DNA of 64,000 nt from Patescibacteria group bacterium (GCA_028748975.1 JAQTPI010000006.1:366-64365); one strand, 5' to 3'. Positions 20,144-29,737 are shown, numbered from the stretch's first letter. Numbers and translations: made by a program. The notes: generated by a model from the sequence alone, not told the origin.

Positions 20144-20818
20144 ATGGCTCCCTTCCATCTCAAAAAAATCCAACCCCAAAGTGACACCGGCCGCCTGCTT
20201 AAACTTCAAAGAGAGCGGCTGGGTTTGTCTTTGGAAACAATCTCACGCCAGCTGCAAATCAATAAAAACTATCTGGAAGCCATTGAAGAAAGCGCCTGGT
20301 ACAATTTGCCCGGCGAATTCTATGTCACCACTTTTACCAAAAAATATGCCCTGGCCTTGGATTTAAAATGGGAAAAGCTCAAAAAAAATTTCGAAGCCGA
20401 AATAAAATCAACGCGCGGTTTGCTTCGCGATAAAAATTTAAACGCTCCCTCAAAAAAAATCAGCAGCCTGATTCTGCCTCGGCTCATCCGCAAATTTATT
20501 ATTTTTTTAATCGTTCTGTCTCTGCTAACTTATCTTGGGACACAAATCTGGCGCGTAACCGCTCCGCCCAAATTGGTTGTTTTAAATCCAATGGAAGAAC
20601 GCTCTATTCAAAACTCTCCGACCTTAACCATTACCGGCCAGACCGACCCCAAAGCCAAAATCAAAATCAATTCTCTGGAAGTTTCCCCCGATGACACCGG
20701 CTATTTTTCCGCCACTCTTGACTTATCCTACGACTTAAATATAATAAAGGTAGAAGCCAAGAAAAAATATTCCCGCAGCACTATCATAACGAGGAATGTG
20801 GTGTATAATAAAAATTAA
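20144..20818 (+). CDS. rodZ: RodZ-like HTH (XRE-type) single-pass membrane protein
   Basis: N-terminal HTH LGLSLETISRQLQINKNYLEAIEE, central TM helix FIIFLIVLSLLTYLG, and a C-terminal periplasmic domain. Confidence 0.55.
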   Translation: MAPFHLKKIQPQSDTGRLLKLQRERLGLSLETISRQLQINKNYLEAIEESAWYNLPGEFYVTTFTKKYALALDLKWEKLKKNFEAEIKSTRGLLRDKNLNAPSKKISSLILPRLIRKFIIFLIVLSLLTYLGTQIWRVTAPPKLVVLNPMEERSIQNSPTLTITGQTDPKAKIKINSLEVSPDDTGYFSATLDLSYDLNIIKVEAKKKYSRSTIITRNVVYNKN

Positions 20819-20877
20819 TTTCTAATTTCTAATTTCTAATTTTTAAACGATTTTTAATGACTTAATTTCTAATGACC

Positions 20878-20910
20878 GAGGTTCGGTTTTTGCCTCTGGC
20901 AAAAACCGAC
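20878..20910. repeat. same palindrome core, ~35 nt upstream of recA
   Basis: GGTTCGGTTTTTGCCTCTGGCAAAAACCGAC. Confidence 0.6.
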
Positions 20911-20944
20911 ATATTAGAAATTAAAAATTAAAAATTTTACTTTT

Positions 20945-22003
20945 ATGTCCAAAGAACAAGATCCCAAAGATGAAAAAACTACTGCCACCAACACCGCCGT
21001 GGAAGCCATTCGTGAAAAATTCGGCGATGGCGCCATCATGAAATTTGGCGAAGCCAAAAATATGGTAGTGGATGTCATCCCCACCGGCTGCCTGTCCATT
21101 GACATCGCCCTTGGCATCGGCGGCGTTCCGCGCGGCCGCGTCATTGAAATTTACGGCTCGGAATCTTCCGGCAAAACCACGCTCGCCCAGCACATCATTT
21201 GCGAAGTCCAGCGCCTTGGCGGCACCGCCGCTTTTGTGGACGCCGAACACGCGCTTGACCCCGAATACGCCAAAAAAATCGGCGTCAACATTAATGAGCT
21301 TTTAATTTCCCAGCCCGACTCTGGCGAACAGGCCCTGGATATTGTGGAAACACTGGTCCGCTCCAACAGCATGGATGTGATTGTGATTGACTCGGTGGCC
21401 GCCTTGACCCCGCGCGCGGAAATTGAAGGCGAAATGGGCGATTCGCACATGGCGCTTCAGGCGCGCCTGATGAGCCAGGCACTCCGCAAACTCACCGCCA
21501 TCATTTCTAAAACAAAAACCTGCGTCATTTTTATCAATCAAACTCGCCAAAAAATCGGCGTCTTCTTTGGCAATCCCGAAACCACCACCGGCGGCATGGC
21601 TTTAAAATTTTACGCCTCCGTCCGCATTGAATTGAAGCGTGCCGCGCAGATTAAGATGGGTGAAGTCACTGTTGGCAATCGCGTCAAAGCCAAAATAGTC
21701 AAAAACAAAGTCGCCGCCCCTTTCAAATCCGCCGAATTTGACATCATGTATAATGAGGGAATTTCTCTGCCCGGCGATGTTTTGGATTTGGGTATGCTTC
21801 ATGGGCTTATTAAAAAAGTCGGCACGACTTTTTCCTACGGTGAAATGAAACTTGGCGTCGGCCGCGAAACCGCCAAAAACTTTTTAAGGCAAGATAAAAA
21901 ATTAATGAAAGAAATCAGTAAGCAAATCTGGCACGCGGTCAAAGAACTGGAAAAATCCGGCAAACTTGTTTCCGCCGTTGACGAAGGCGCGGGCGAGGAA
22001 TAA
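20945..22003 (+). CDS. recA: recombinase RecA
   Basis: Classic RecA sequence: [18 protein letters not shown] Walker A and loops L1/L2. 352 aa. Bidirectional terminator at 22021-22056. Confidence 0.95.
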   Translation: MSKEQDPKDEKTTATNTAVEAIREKFGDGAIMKFGEAKNMVVDVIPTGCLSIDIALGIGGVPRGRVIEIYGSESSGKTTLAQHIICEVQRLGGTAAFVDAEHALDPEYAKKIGVNINELLISQPDSGEQALDIVETLVRSNSMDVIVIDSVAALTPRAEIEGEMGDSHMALQARLMSQALRKLTAIISKTKTCVIFINQTRQKIGVFFGNPETTTGGMALKFYASVRIELKRAAQIKMGEVTVGNRVKAKIVKNKVAAPFKSAEFDIMYNEGISLPGDVLDLGMLHGLIKKVGTTFSYGEMKLGVGRETAKNFLRQDKKLMKEISKQIWHAVKELEKSGKLVSAVDEGAGEE

Positions 22004-22087
22004 TAAAAATAATAATTTAGAAAAAAAACACCCCGCTTTTACCAGCGGGGTTTTTGAAAGTAATAATTTTTGAAAAAATCATCAAAT

Positions 22088-22411
22088 TTATATAATGTTA
22101 TCTTTTTTGAGAAAATTACCAAACTTATAAAACGGCTTCCAAAAAAATTTTGTTATTGGAAATTTTCCAAATTCCGGATATTTCGATGGTTGCTTATTAA
22201 AAGAAATAATAAAGGCTATCAAAACAAGGCAGAGATCGCTTGGTAAACTAATTCCTAGAGAAGCTAAAGAAATAGTACCAAGGACAAAAAAGCAAATAAC
22301 GCAACTTAACGCAGTGAGTGTGGTTAAACAAATATCAATAACAAGTTCTCCTATGGTAGATTCTTGCTCTTCCTTTTTCTGTGTCCCCGAGGGTGATGTT
22401 AATTTTTTCAT
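22088..22411 (-). CDS. small membrane protein, paralog A (conserved C-terminal YPEFGKFPITKFFWKP motif)
   Basis: RBS AAGGAGG upstream. Two TM helices. C-terminus nearly identical to the paralog at 22891-23184. Confidence 0.5.
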   Translation of the reverse strand: MKKLTSPSGTQKKEEQESTIGELVIDICLTTLTALSCVICFFVLGTISLASLGISLPSDLCLVLIAFIISFNKQPSKYPEFGKFPITKFFWKPFYKFGNFLKKDNII

Positions 22412-22479
22412 TTTCTTTTCCTCCTTGCCCCGATCCGCCAGCTGTCAGATAACAGAGGCGAGCGAAGGGCTTTTTTAAA

Positions 22480-22764
22480 TCAACGGTGGGTAACGAAAAA
22501 AATAGAATCATCTTTTGGATTATCCTCAATCCAAAACTTAAATCCACTATCTGGTTTTAAAAGAATTTCCGTCAAAATTTCACAAACTTCCCGTGTGTCT
22601 TGAGGATTAATTTGAGCGACATTACGGCAACTTCTCACAACAAAACGCCAATTAAGCGGACTGTTTCCGCTAAAAAGATCTCCTGTATACCTTGCTTTTA
22701 ATTTCTCCCGTAAAACTTCTGCTACTTCCCCGTCTTTAACAAATACCATTTTTGTAAATGACAC
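22480..22764 (-). CDS. hypothetical protein (94 aa), GTG start
   Basis: RBS AAGGAGG 6 nt upstream of GTG. Sits between the two paralogous membrane-protein genes. Confidence 0.45.
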   Translation of the reverse strand: MSFTKMVFVKDGEVAEVLREKLKARYTGDLFSGNSPLNWRFVVRSCRNVAQINPQDTREVCEILTEILLKPDSGFKFWIEDNPKDDSIFFVTHR

Positions 22765-22890
22765 GTTTCGCCTCCTTGTTTTTTGATTATGAAAGAATTT
22801 TTGTTTTTAATCTCTCTTTCTGAACCAGCCATTTTGATGACGGCCTCGGAAAGATTCCCGAAGTCATTGGAGCTTCGGGAAATATTTATT

Positions 22891-23184
22891 TTAAAGACTA
22901 AAACACTTTCTTATGTTTTCAATAGTCCAATCAAGTGGTTTCCAAAATATTTTGGTTATCGGAAACTTCCCGAATTCTGGGTAGCTAAATTTATTAAAAG
23001 AAATCAACAATGCGACAATTGCCAATATTAAATCTATCGGCAAACTAATCACCAAAGAGATAATTTCTAAAATAAACAAAATAACAGCAAAAATCCAAAT
23101 AAACAAAAAAAGCATGATTCCTATAATAGGAAAAAGAAATTTTTCTCCCACTGTTAATCTTGTTTCCTTTTCTTTGCTACTCAT
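22891..23184 (-). CDS. small membrane protein, paralog B (YPEFGKFPITKIFWKP motif)
   Basis: Start moved to the ATG at 23184, which has a strong AAGGAGG RBS. Two TM helices. Confidence 0.5.
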   Translation of the reverse strand: MSSKEKETRLTVGEKFLFPIIGIMLFLFIWIFAVILFILEIISLVISLPIDLILAIVALLISFNKFSYPEFGKFPITKIFWKPLDWTIENIRKCFSL

Positions 23185-23394
23185 TTTATCCTCCTTGTTT
23201 TTATTTGTTAGGTAAATTTGGCGTCTCCAAATTACAAACCTATTATATGCCAAAACAGAAAAAGTGTCTATAATAGAACACTAAAATTAATATAAAATTT
23301 GGCTGAAATTAGCCAAAAATAATTATTTTATCAAATTTTGTCGAGCCAACTTGACACAAAATCAGGTTTGGATGTATAATTAATAACAAAAACC

Positions 23395-23545
23395 CCTATA
23401 TGCGCCTATCGGCGAATACATAATAACAACCACCCCGCTCGCTCTCGCTCGCACCCCTCCTTCGAAAGGAGGGGATAATCGCGCCGCTATCCTCCCCTTT
23501 CGAAGGGGAGGTCTCCAACAGCAGTCGGAGGGAGGGATTGTAATA
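23395..23545 (+). promoter_or_regulatory. GC-rich leader element with two perfect hairpins (CCCCTCCTT-CGA-AAGGAGGGG and CCTCCCCTT-TCGA-AGGGGAGG), upstream of the TrmB-family regulator gene
   Basis: A related element GCCTATCGGCGA...CCCCCTCGCTCTCCCCC-TTGTTAA-GGGGGAG lies upstream of ychF at 28625-28700 in the same orientation relative to that gene. Confidence 0.45.
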
Positions 23546-23557
23546 AAGTAATTTTCT

Positions 23558-24382
23558 ATGCTCAACCTCCTCATCAAACTCGGCTTAGACGAAAACGAAG
23601 CCAAAATCTATTTGGCTTTATTAGAGTTGGGTCCGGCTCTGGTTACGGAAATCGGGCAAAAAGCCGACGTCGGCCGCACCACCTGTTATGACGTTTTGGA
23701 ACGCCTGGTCAAACATAACCTCGTTACCTACGCTTCCGGCCAGGCCGCCAAAAGAAAATATTCCGCTATGCCGCCCCATAACTTGGTTGGTTTCTTGGAG
23801 CGCAAACACCGGCAACAGGAAAAACAATTAGTGGAATTAAAAGAAAAAATGCCGGAATTAAAAATGCTCTATAAAGAAACCGAGCGCCCGACTGTCAAAT
23901 TTTTTGAAGGGGTGGAAGGCGTCAAATCAATTTACGCTGAAACCCTCAAAGCCAAGGGCGAAATTCTGTCAGTGGGCGACTGCGAAGAATGGGACACGCC
24001 CGAACTTTCCGTCTGGGGCGCCAATTACAACCGCCAGCGCTCAAAATTAAAAATTAAAGAACGGGTCATAATCCCGGCTGGCGAAAAAACTATTAATTGG
24101 TTTATTGATTACCCCACCACCAAAAAATATACCGAATTCCGAATTCTGCCCAAAGAAAAGATCAATTATCTTTTTTACAGCGAAATCAATATTTATGATG
24201 ACAAGGTGGTCATCGCGCTTTTAAAAAGGCCCAATCGTCTGGGCATCATGATCACCAGCCGGCAATTTGCCAATCTGTTGCGCGCTCTTTTTGAAATGGC
24301 TTGGCTGGCAGCGGAAAAATACCCAGGTGAAAAATATGGCAAGGAACTACTCAAAAAGAAAAATTTTGTCCAACCGGCTTGA
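23558..24382 (+). CDS. TrmB-family transcriptional regulator
   Basis: N-terminal TrmB-type winged HTH (LDENEAKIYLALLELGPALVTEIGQKADVGRTTCYDVLERL). 274 aa. Confidence 0.65.
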   Translation: MLNLLIKLGLDENEAKIYLALLELGPALVTEIGQKADVGRTTCYDVLERLVKHNLVTYASGQAAKRKYSAMPPHNLVGFLERKHRQQEKQLVELKEKMPELKMLYKETERPTVKFFEGVEGVKSIYAETLKAKGEILSVGDCEEWDTPELSVWGANYNRQRSKLKIKERVIIPAGEKTINWFIDYPTTKKYTEFRILPKEKINYLFYSEINIYDDKVVIALLKRPNRLGIMITSRQFANLLRALFEMAWLAAEKYPGEKYGKELLKKKNFVQPA

Positions 24383-24472
24383 CAAACTTCCCTTTCTGCG
24401 CTAAGATGGCTAAGCTAACTTTCTTTGACAATCACCCGCCATTTTAAGGGAAAACAATCAAAAAGGAGGAAA

Positions 24473-25150
24473 ATGTACGCTAAAAAGCTGTTTTTTGTGC
24501 CGTTTCTAGCCACGCTGATTATTGGGAGTTGTATTTTTACCGCTCCCCTCAGTGGCGGAAAAAAAACTAATTTTGCCAAAAATAGAGAAAAAGAATTGCT
24601 CAAGCAAACGCTCTTCCTCGTTAAAAACGATAGTCTGGATTTAAAAAATAATCCGATCGTGGAAAGAAGAAATAATTTTATTATCGTCAACGAGGTTGAT
24701 CTCGCTCTGAGGTTAAAAGGGATTGATGGTAATGGCATTTCCAGTTATGTCATTTCCGAAGATAGTGTCTGGATTTCGTTTCAAAGAAGTTTTAAATTAG
24801 AAGCCGGTGATGAGGCGACCCTGAATAGAATAATTAATTTGGTTGCTTGGAGTTTCGAGCTGCAAGCCGCCGAAAAGAAAAATGCTCAAAACATTAAAAA
24901 TATTCTTTCTCTTGGTCCGCAAAATCCGTTCTCTTTAAACACGGAGCTGGTGCGCATCAACGCCGATACCGTCATCTGTGGTAAAAAAATAATCAGGCAA
25001 AAAGTACGGCCCCGAGCTTTTATTGATCTGGTGCCTTACAAAAAAGAACTGGAAGATAATAATAAAATTCTGGAACAAGTTTATCGAAGGATGGAAACAA
25101 TCAAGCGGGAAAAAACAATTAATTCACTATCATGGGGAATTAAATCATAA
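24473..25150 (+). CDS. predicted lipoprotein / secreted hypothetical protein
   Basis: Start moved to MYAKK, which has an AAGGAGG RBS. Signal peptide with lipobox-like LIIGSC. Bidirectional terminator at 25159-25190. Confidence 0.5.
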   Translation: MYAKKLFFVPFLATLIIGSCIFTAPLSGGKKTNFAKNREKELLKQTLFLVKNDSLDLKNNPIVERRNNFIIVNEVDLALRLKGIDGNGISSYVISEDSVWISFQRSFKLEAGDEATLNRIINLVAWSFELQAAEKKNAQNIKNILSLGPQNPFSLNTELVRINADTVICGKKIIRQKVRPRAFIDLVPYKKELEDNNKILEQVYRRMETIKREKTINSLSWGIKS

Positions 25151-25291
25151 GAAACAAAAGGCTGGCGCCACTGCGCCAGCCTTTTTTATATTTATTTTAA
25201 AAATTTTTATAATCCTTTAATTCGTTAATTCGTTAATCCGTTAATAAATAATTCTTAAATTCTATCCTCATTTTTCATTATTCATTTTTCA

Positions 25292-25855
25292 TTATTCCGT
25301 TACGCGCTCCACATATTCTCCTGTTTCCGTATTAACTCTAATCAAAGCGCCTTCTTCCAAAAATAAAGGCGCGTTAACCACGGCACCGGTTTCCAGAGTC
25401 ACCGCTTTAAAACCGCCCGTGGCCGTGTTGCCTTTCACCCCCGGCGGCGCCGAGACAACTTTCAGCACGACTTTCGGCGGCAATTCCACCCCAATCACAT
25501 TATCTTCATAAAAAACCAAATTTACTTCCTGCGATTCTTTCAAAAATTTGGCGCCTTCGCCCACCATCTCCGCGCTTAAATAGTGCTGTTCATAATTTTC
25601 GCTCTCCATGAAACAAAAATTTTCTTTTTCTTTATACAAAAAACTGGCTTTCCGGCGAGCCACGTCCGCCTCTTCCACGCTTTCGCCCTGCTTGAAACTG
25701 TATTCCACCACTTGGCCCGTCTTGATGTTTTTCAATTTGGTCTGCATCACCGGCTTCCGCTGTTGCATGCGCAAAAACTTGGCGTCCATCACCACGTAGG
25801 GGTCGCCATTATATTTGATAATCAAGCCTTTTTTGATGTCAGTTAGAGAGGACAT
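25292..25855 (-). CDS. efp: elongation factor P
   Basis: EF-P N-terminal KOW-like (GLIIKYNGDPYVV, KPVMQTKLKNIKTG) and OB domains. Start placed at MSSLTDIKKG. Confidence 0.85.
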   Translation of the reverse strand: MSSLTDIKKGLIIKYNGDPYVVMDAKFLRMQQRKPVMQTKLKNIKTGQVVEYSFKQGESVEEADVARRKASFLYKEKENFCFMESENYEQHYLSAEMVGEGAKFLKESQEVNLVFYEDNVIGVELPPKVVLKVVSAPPGVKGNTATGGFKAVTLETGAVVNAPLFLEEGALIRVNTETGEYVERVTE

Positions 25856-26008
25856 AAAATGTAAAATAATAAACCCGCCTTCGTTCCTTAACATCCCTTT
25901 AACACTCCGGCGGGTAAACTCCAATTCTTGTCTGATGACAAGTTCTAAAAACAGGAGCCTGTCCGCCGGAGCGATAATGGGTCGCTAGGGAGCGGAGGCG
26001 GACAAAAT

Positions 26009-26242
26009 TTATTGTTTCACAAACGGCATCAGCCCCATGATGCGGGCGCGCTTAATGGCGCGGGAAGCCGCTCTTTGATGCTTGGCGCAAAGGCCGGTAC
26101 TGCGGCGCGGCACGATTCTGGCATAATGCGAAAAAAAACGCTGGAGCACTTGCGTGTCCTGCCAATCCACATTGCAGTTGTTGGCGCAATAATAGCAGTG
26201 TTTTTCTTCTGGCTGTTGTTGTGTATTATTTTTGGTAAACAT
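26009..26242 (-). CDS. rpsR: 30S ribosomal protein S18
   Basis: S18 signature CYYC...IVPRRSTGLCAKHQRAASRAIKRARIMGLMP. Confidence 0.9.
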   Translation of the reverse strand: MFTKNNTQQQPEEKHCYYCANNCNVDWQDTQVLQRFFSHYARIVPRRSTGLCAKHQRAASRAIKRARIMGLMPFVKQ

Positions 26243-26322
26243 AATATCTACTTATGACCTACAACTTACAACTTTTATCATCGGTTGTTTGTTGCCAGTT
26301 GTTAGTCGTTGGTTGTTAGTTG

Positions 26323-26820
26323 TTAAAACGGCACCACTTCTTCATCTCCCGTTACTGTTTCTGCCTCTTCCATCACCAAGGGCGCTTCTTCCACCTGAAT
26401 CACGGGGATTTCATCAATTGGCGCGACTGGAACGGCGGCCGGCTTCGGAGCAAAATTATTAGCTCCGCCAGCTGCCGCTGTGCCTGATCCCACGGCTTTT
26501 GGTCCCATCTGAAAATTTTCCGCCACCACTTCAGTGCGGTATCTTTTTACGCCGTCTTGCCCCACCCAATTCCTGGTTTGTAATCTTCCCTCCACCATCA
26601 CTGTCTGGCCTTTTTTCAAATATTGTCCGGCCACTTCTGCCAGACGCGCCCAAACCACGATGTTATGAAATTCCGCCTGTTCCTGCTTGGCGCCGGCTTT
26701 ATCGGTCCAAGTGCGGTTGGTGGCCATACTGAAAGAAGCCACTGTCTGGCCGGTAGAAGTATTGCGCACTTCTGGGTCCTGGGTCAATCGACCGATTAAA
26801 AAGACTTTGTTAAGATTCAT
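26323..26820 (-). CDS. ssb: single-stranded DNA-binding protein
   Basis: OB-fold SSB N-terminus (NKVFLIGRLTQDPEVR), Gly/Ala-rich linker and acidic tail DEEVVPF. Confidence 0.9.
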   Translation of the reverse strand: MNLNKVFLIGRLTQDPEVRNTSTGQTVASFSMATNRTWTDKAGAKQEQAEFHNIVVWARLAEVAGQYLKKGQTVMVEGRLQTRNWVGQDGVKRYRTEVVAENFQMGPKAVGSGTAAAGGANNFAPKPAAVPVAPIDEIPVIQVEEAPLVMEEAETVTGDEEVVPF

Positions 26821-26875
26821 AAATTTAATTTCTAATTCCTAATTACCAATTTCTAATGAAATGCCAAATGTTAAA

Positions 26876-26908
26876 TGTCCAAAATTCGGTTTTTGCCAAA
26901 GGCAAAAA
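26876..26908. repeat. same palindrome core, between rpsF and ssb
   Basis: TTCGGTTTTTGCCAAAGGCAAAAACCGAC. Confidence 0.6.
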
Positions 26909-26945
26909 CCGACAGATTGGAAATTAGAAATTGAAAATTGGAAAT

Positions 26946-27389
26946 TTAATTACTCACTTCTTCCCCCAAAATTTCATCCAGCTTCTTATCCAAATCCTCC
27001 ATGCTCATTTTTTTTGCTTCCGCGTGGGTAGTTGTTTTATATTCTTCTGTAGTAGTCGCCGTCTCTTTTTTAAAAATTGATCGGCGTGGTGACGCCACTG
27101 GCGCGCGTTTGGGTTTAGAAACTTGATAACGGACAACTTCTGATATTAATTTCAGCTTTTTTTCCAAATCCAAAACCATCGCGGGATTCATTTCCAGATA
27201 AAAATTCAAATAAATCCCGTTTCTGATTTTTTTAATGGCATAGGCCAGCCGTTTATGCGACGGTTCGTCAGCTCTTTTAATTTCTCCGCCTAAGCCCTTA
27301 ATTGTTTCGCCAATTTTAACACCCGCTTCTTTCACCAAATCTTCGCTCAAAGTGCCGGGTAAAATCACGCTTAGTTCGTAATTGGTCAT
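26946..27389 (-). CDS. rpsF: 30S ribosomal protein S6 (with C-terminal extension)
   Basis: S6-like N-terminal domain. Conserved rpsF-ssb-rpsR gene order. Confidence 0.85.
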   Translation of the reverse strand: MTNYELSVILPGTLSEDLVKEAGVKIGETIKGLGGEIKRADEPSHKRLAYAIKKIRNGIYLNFYLEMNPAMVLDLEKKLKLISEVVRYQVSKPKRAPVASPRRSIFKKETATTTEEYKTTTHAEAKKMSMEDLDKKLDEILGEEVSN

Positions 27390-27540
27390 AAGATCAATGC
27401 GAATTAGTAGCGAATTACCAGCGAATTATGCGAATAAGCGCAGAATAATCTGTTCGCAAAATTCGCACAAAATTCGTAAGTAATTCGCATATAAATTACT
27501 TATAAGTATCTTATCATGTCTTGAAATTCTTGGCAAGTCC

Positions 27541-28599
27541 TTAGGTATTCACGTGAAAATAAACTGTGTCCCCGTCTTTTATCTCATAATCCTTGCCTTC
27601 CAGCCGCACCAGGCCTTTTTCTTTTGCCTTAACCCAGCCGCCCACCTCCACGAATTTCTCCCAAGGGCAAACCTCTGCTCGAATAAATCCTTTAATAAAA
27701 TCAGTATGAATCACCCCGGCCGCTTCCGGCGCTTTGGCGCCTTTCACCACAGTCCAAGCGCGCGTTTCTTTTTCGCCCGAAGTCAAAAAAGTTACCAGAT
27801 TCAAAATTTCATAACTTTTAATGATTAATTTTTCCAAACCGGTGTGTTCAATCTTCAATTCGCGCAAATAATCTTTCAGCTCGGCTTCTGGCAATTCGGC
27901 CAATTCCGCTTCCAGTTTGGCATTCACAAACAGCGCGCCATCCTTGATTGTTTCCGGCGCGAATTTTTCATCCACGTTGTAGACAAAAATAATCGGCTTA
28001 GCTGTCAGCAAATTTAATTCTTTGATTATTTGTTTTTCGTCATCGTGTTGCCACTCAATTTCATTGGCCAGTTTGCCTTCATCCAATTTTTCTTTTAATG
28101 TCTTTAAAACACCTAACATTTTTAAAGAATTTTTATCACCCGCTTTGGCCTCTTTTTGTGCCGTGCTTAATCTTTTTTCCACGGTTTGCAAATCCGCCAT
28201 GGCCAATTCCAAATGAATGATGCTCTTGTCGCGCTCGGCATCCACCTCGCCTTCCACGTGAATTATATTTTTGTCTTCAAACTCGCGCAATACTTCCACA
28301 ATGGCATCAGTCTCGCGAATATGGGAGAGAAATTGGTTGCCCAGCCCCTCGCCCTGATGCGCGTTTTTAACCAGCCCCGCGATATCTACAAATTCAATCG
28401 TGGTCGGAATAATTTGCTTGGATTTGGAAATTACTGCCAGTTTTTCCAAGCGCTCATCGGGTACCTCAACCACGCCGACATTGGGATCAATGGTGCAAAA
28501 AGGATAATTGGCAATCTCAATTTGTTTTTTCGTCAGCGCCTTAAACAGGGTGGATTTGCCCACATTCGGCAAGCCGACAATTCCAATCTTAAAAGACAT
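27541..28599 (-). CDS. ychF: ribosome-binding ATPase YchF
   Basis: GIVGLPNVGKSTLF, NYPFCTIDPNVG, and a C-terminal TGS domain. 352 aa. Confidence 0.9.
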   Translation of the reverse strand: MSFKIGIVGLPNVGKSTLFKALTKKQIEIANYPFCTIDPNVGVVEVPDERLEKLAVISKSKQIIPTTIEFVDIAGLVKNAHQGEGLGNQFLSHIRETDAIVEVLREFEDKNIIHVEGEVDAERDKSIIHLELAMADLQTVEKRLSTAQKEAKAGDKNSLKMLGVLKTLKEKLDEGKLANEIEWQHDDEKQIIKELNLLTAKPIIFVYNVDEKFAPETIKDGALFVNAKLEAELAELPEAELKDYLRELKIEHTGLEKLIIKSYEILNLVTFLTSGEKETRAWTVVKGAKAPEAAGVIHTDFIKGFIRAEVCPWEKFVEVGGWVKAKEKGLVRLEGKDYEIKDGDTVYFHVNT

Positions 28600-28803
28600 A
28601 AACGGGTAATAAGTAATAAGTAACTAGTAATCAGGGGCGACGTTGCGACCATCTCCCCCTTAACAAGGGGGAGAGCGAGGGGGTAGATCGCCGATAGGCG
28701 AATATAATTATTTTTCTCCCTTTACTCTACCTTAATTTTCTAATAAAATCAAATAAAAAAGGCTGAGAACTTGACTCAGCCATAAATATCTACCAAACAA
28801 ACC

Positions 28804-29091
28804 TTAAAGCTCTAACGGATAAATTTGTATGTGATAAATCCATAAATTGGAAAAAATAATTTTCCATTCAAACATGTCCTGCCAACCAGGCCTTGATTTT
28901 TTAAACTCTTCTACTAGCTTCCAAATGTTTTCTCTATTTAAAAGTTCCTTTGCTTCTTTTTCCGCTTCTTCCAAATTTTTTGCTTTCAATGGCACCGTCA
29001 TTCCGTCTGGTTCACCCTTTATTAAATCTGCCTGGCGATTTTTGAAAGACCATTTAACCGTAAATTCAAGTTTCCATCCCGGCATTTCCAT
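28804..29091 (-). CDS. hypothetical protein (95 aa)
   Basis: Intact ORF downstream of the Ubl terminator. No family recognised. Confidence 0.35.
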   Translation of the reverse strand: MEMPGWKLEFTVKWSFKNRQADLIKGEPDGMTVPLKAKNLEEAEKEAKELLNRENIWKLVEEFKKSRPGWQDMFEWKIIFSNLWIYHIQIYPLEL

Positions 29092-29145
29092 TTATTCCTC
29101 CTTGGTTAATTTGTGTATCCTCATCTTATCTTAAGAAAAAAACAT

Positions 29146-29190
29146 TGTCAAATAAAAAATAAAAACGCCGATCACTGGTGTGATCGGCGT
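29146..29190 (-). terminator. rho-independent terminator of the Ubl gene
   Basis: Perfect hairpin CGCCGATCAC-ACCAG-TGATCGGCG followed by TTTTTATTTTTT on the minus strand. Confidence 0.8.
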
Positions 29191-29210
29191 AACTTGAACG
29201 GCTGGTATGT

Positions 29211-29507
29211 CTACCGGCCGTTGCCCTTGATGAATTTCGTCATGATGACGGTGTCGTTGGCCGACACGGGCTGGTCCAGCATCGCCATCTTGGTCTAGTC
29301 GACGAGGGTCGTATTCCACCGCAGTTCAAACTCGTCGCCACGGCCGACTACCGGCAGGTCGATTTGTTCTTTCGGCCCGCGGGCGGTATTGGCCACTTCG
29401 ATCGCTTCGCGCAGTGTCGTTCCTTCTTCCACATTGACTTCGGTCAGTCGTCCCGGGAATTTCCCCAGACGCATCGGAAAGTACCCGTATGTCCCTGTTT
29501 TCGTCAC
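29211..29507 (-). pseudogene. MoaD/ThiS-like ubiquitin-like beta-grasp protein interrupted by an in-frame TAG (29295-29297); 70 aa before the stop, 98 aa if read through
   Basis: RBS AAGGAGG then GTG at 29507. LTEVNVEEGTTLREAIEVA matches the MoaD/ThiS core. After the TAG the same frame continues with TKMAMLDQPVSANDTVIMTKFIKGNGR, which matches the MoaD C-terminal strand (xDGDxVxxxPPVSGG-like). Segment GC is about 58%. Confidence 0.55.
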
Positions 29508-29635
29508 TGTGAACCTCCTTGGTTTCCTGTTCTTGTTTGACCTCCCCAACACCACCCAATTTCTATTAATTTGCCTCTGTCATTCCCCCTTTCTTGGGCT
29601 AAGATGAGGATTTTAGATTATTTTTATTTTTGGCT

Positions 29636-29737
29636 AAAAATTAAGGCTCCACTTCACCTTAGCGTAATAAAAAAAACTTGTCAAATATTAATTAAGGTTC
29701 TACTTTACCCTAGCGCAGTAAAAAAAGTTTGTCAAAC
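29636..29737 (-). promoter_or_regulatory. two tandem copies of the cluster-specific promoter/leader module upstream of the Ubl gene
   Basis: On the minus strand: TTGACA-N17-TAAGGT and TTGACA-N17-TAGGGT, each followed by the conserved GAACCTTAA leader box. Confidence 0.55.

Noticed and set aside
20921-21550. Several minus-strand ORFs (20921-21250, 21151-21450, 21302-21550) across recA
   Set aside because: Antisense to recA. GC-rich codon third positions generate open frames.
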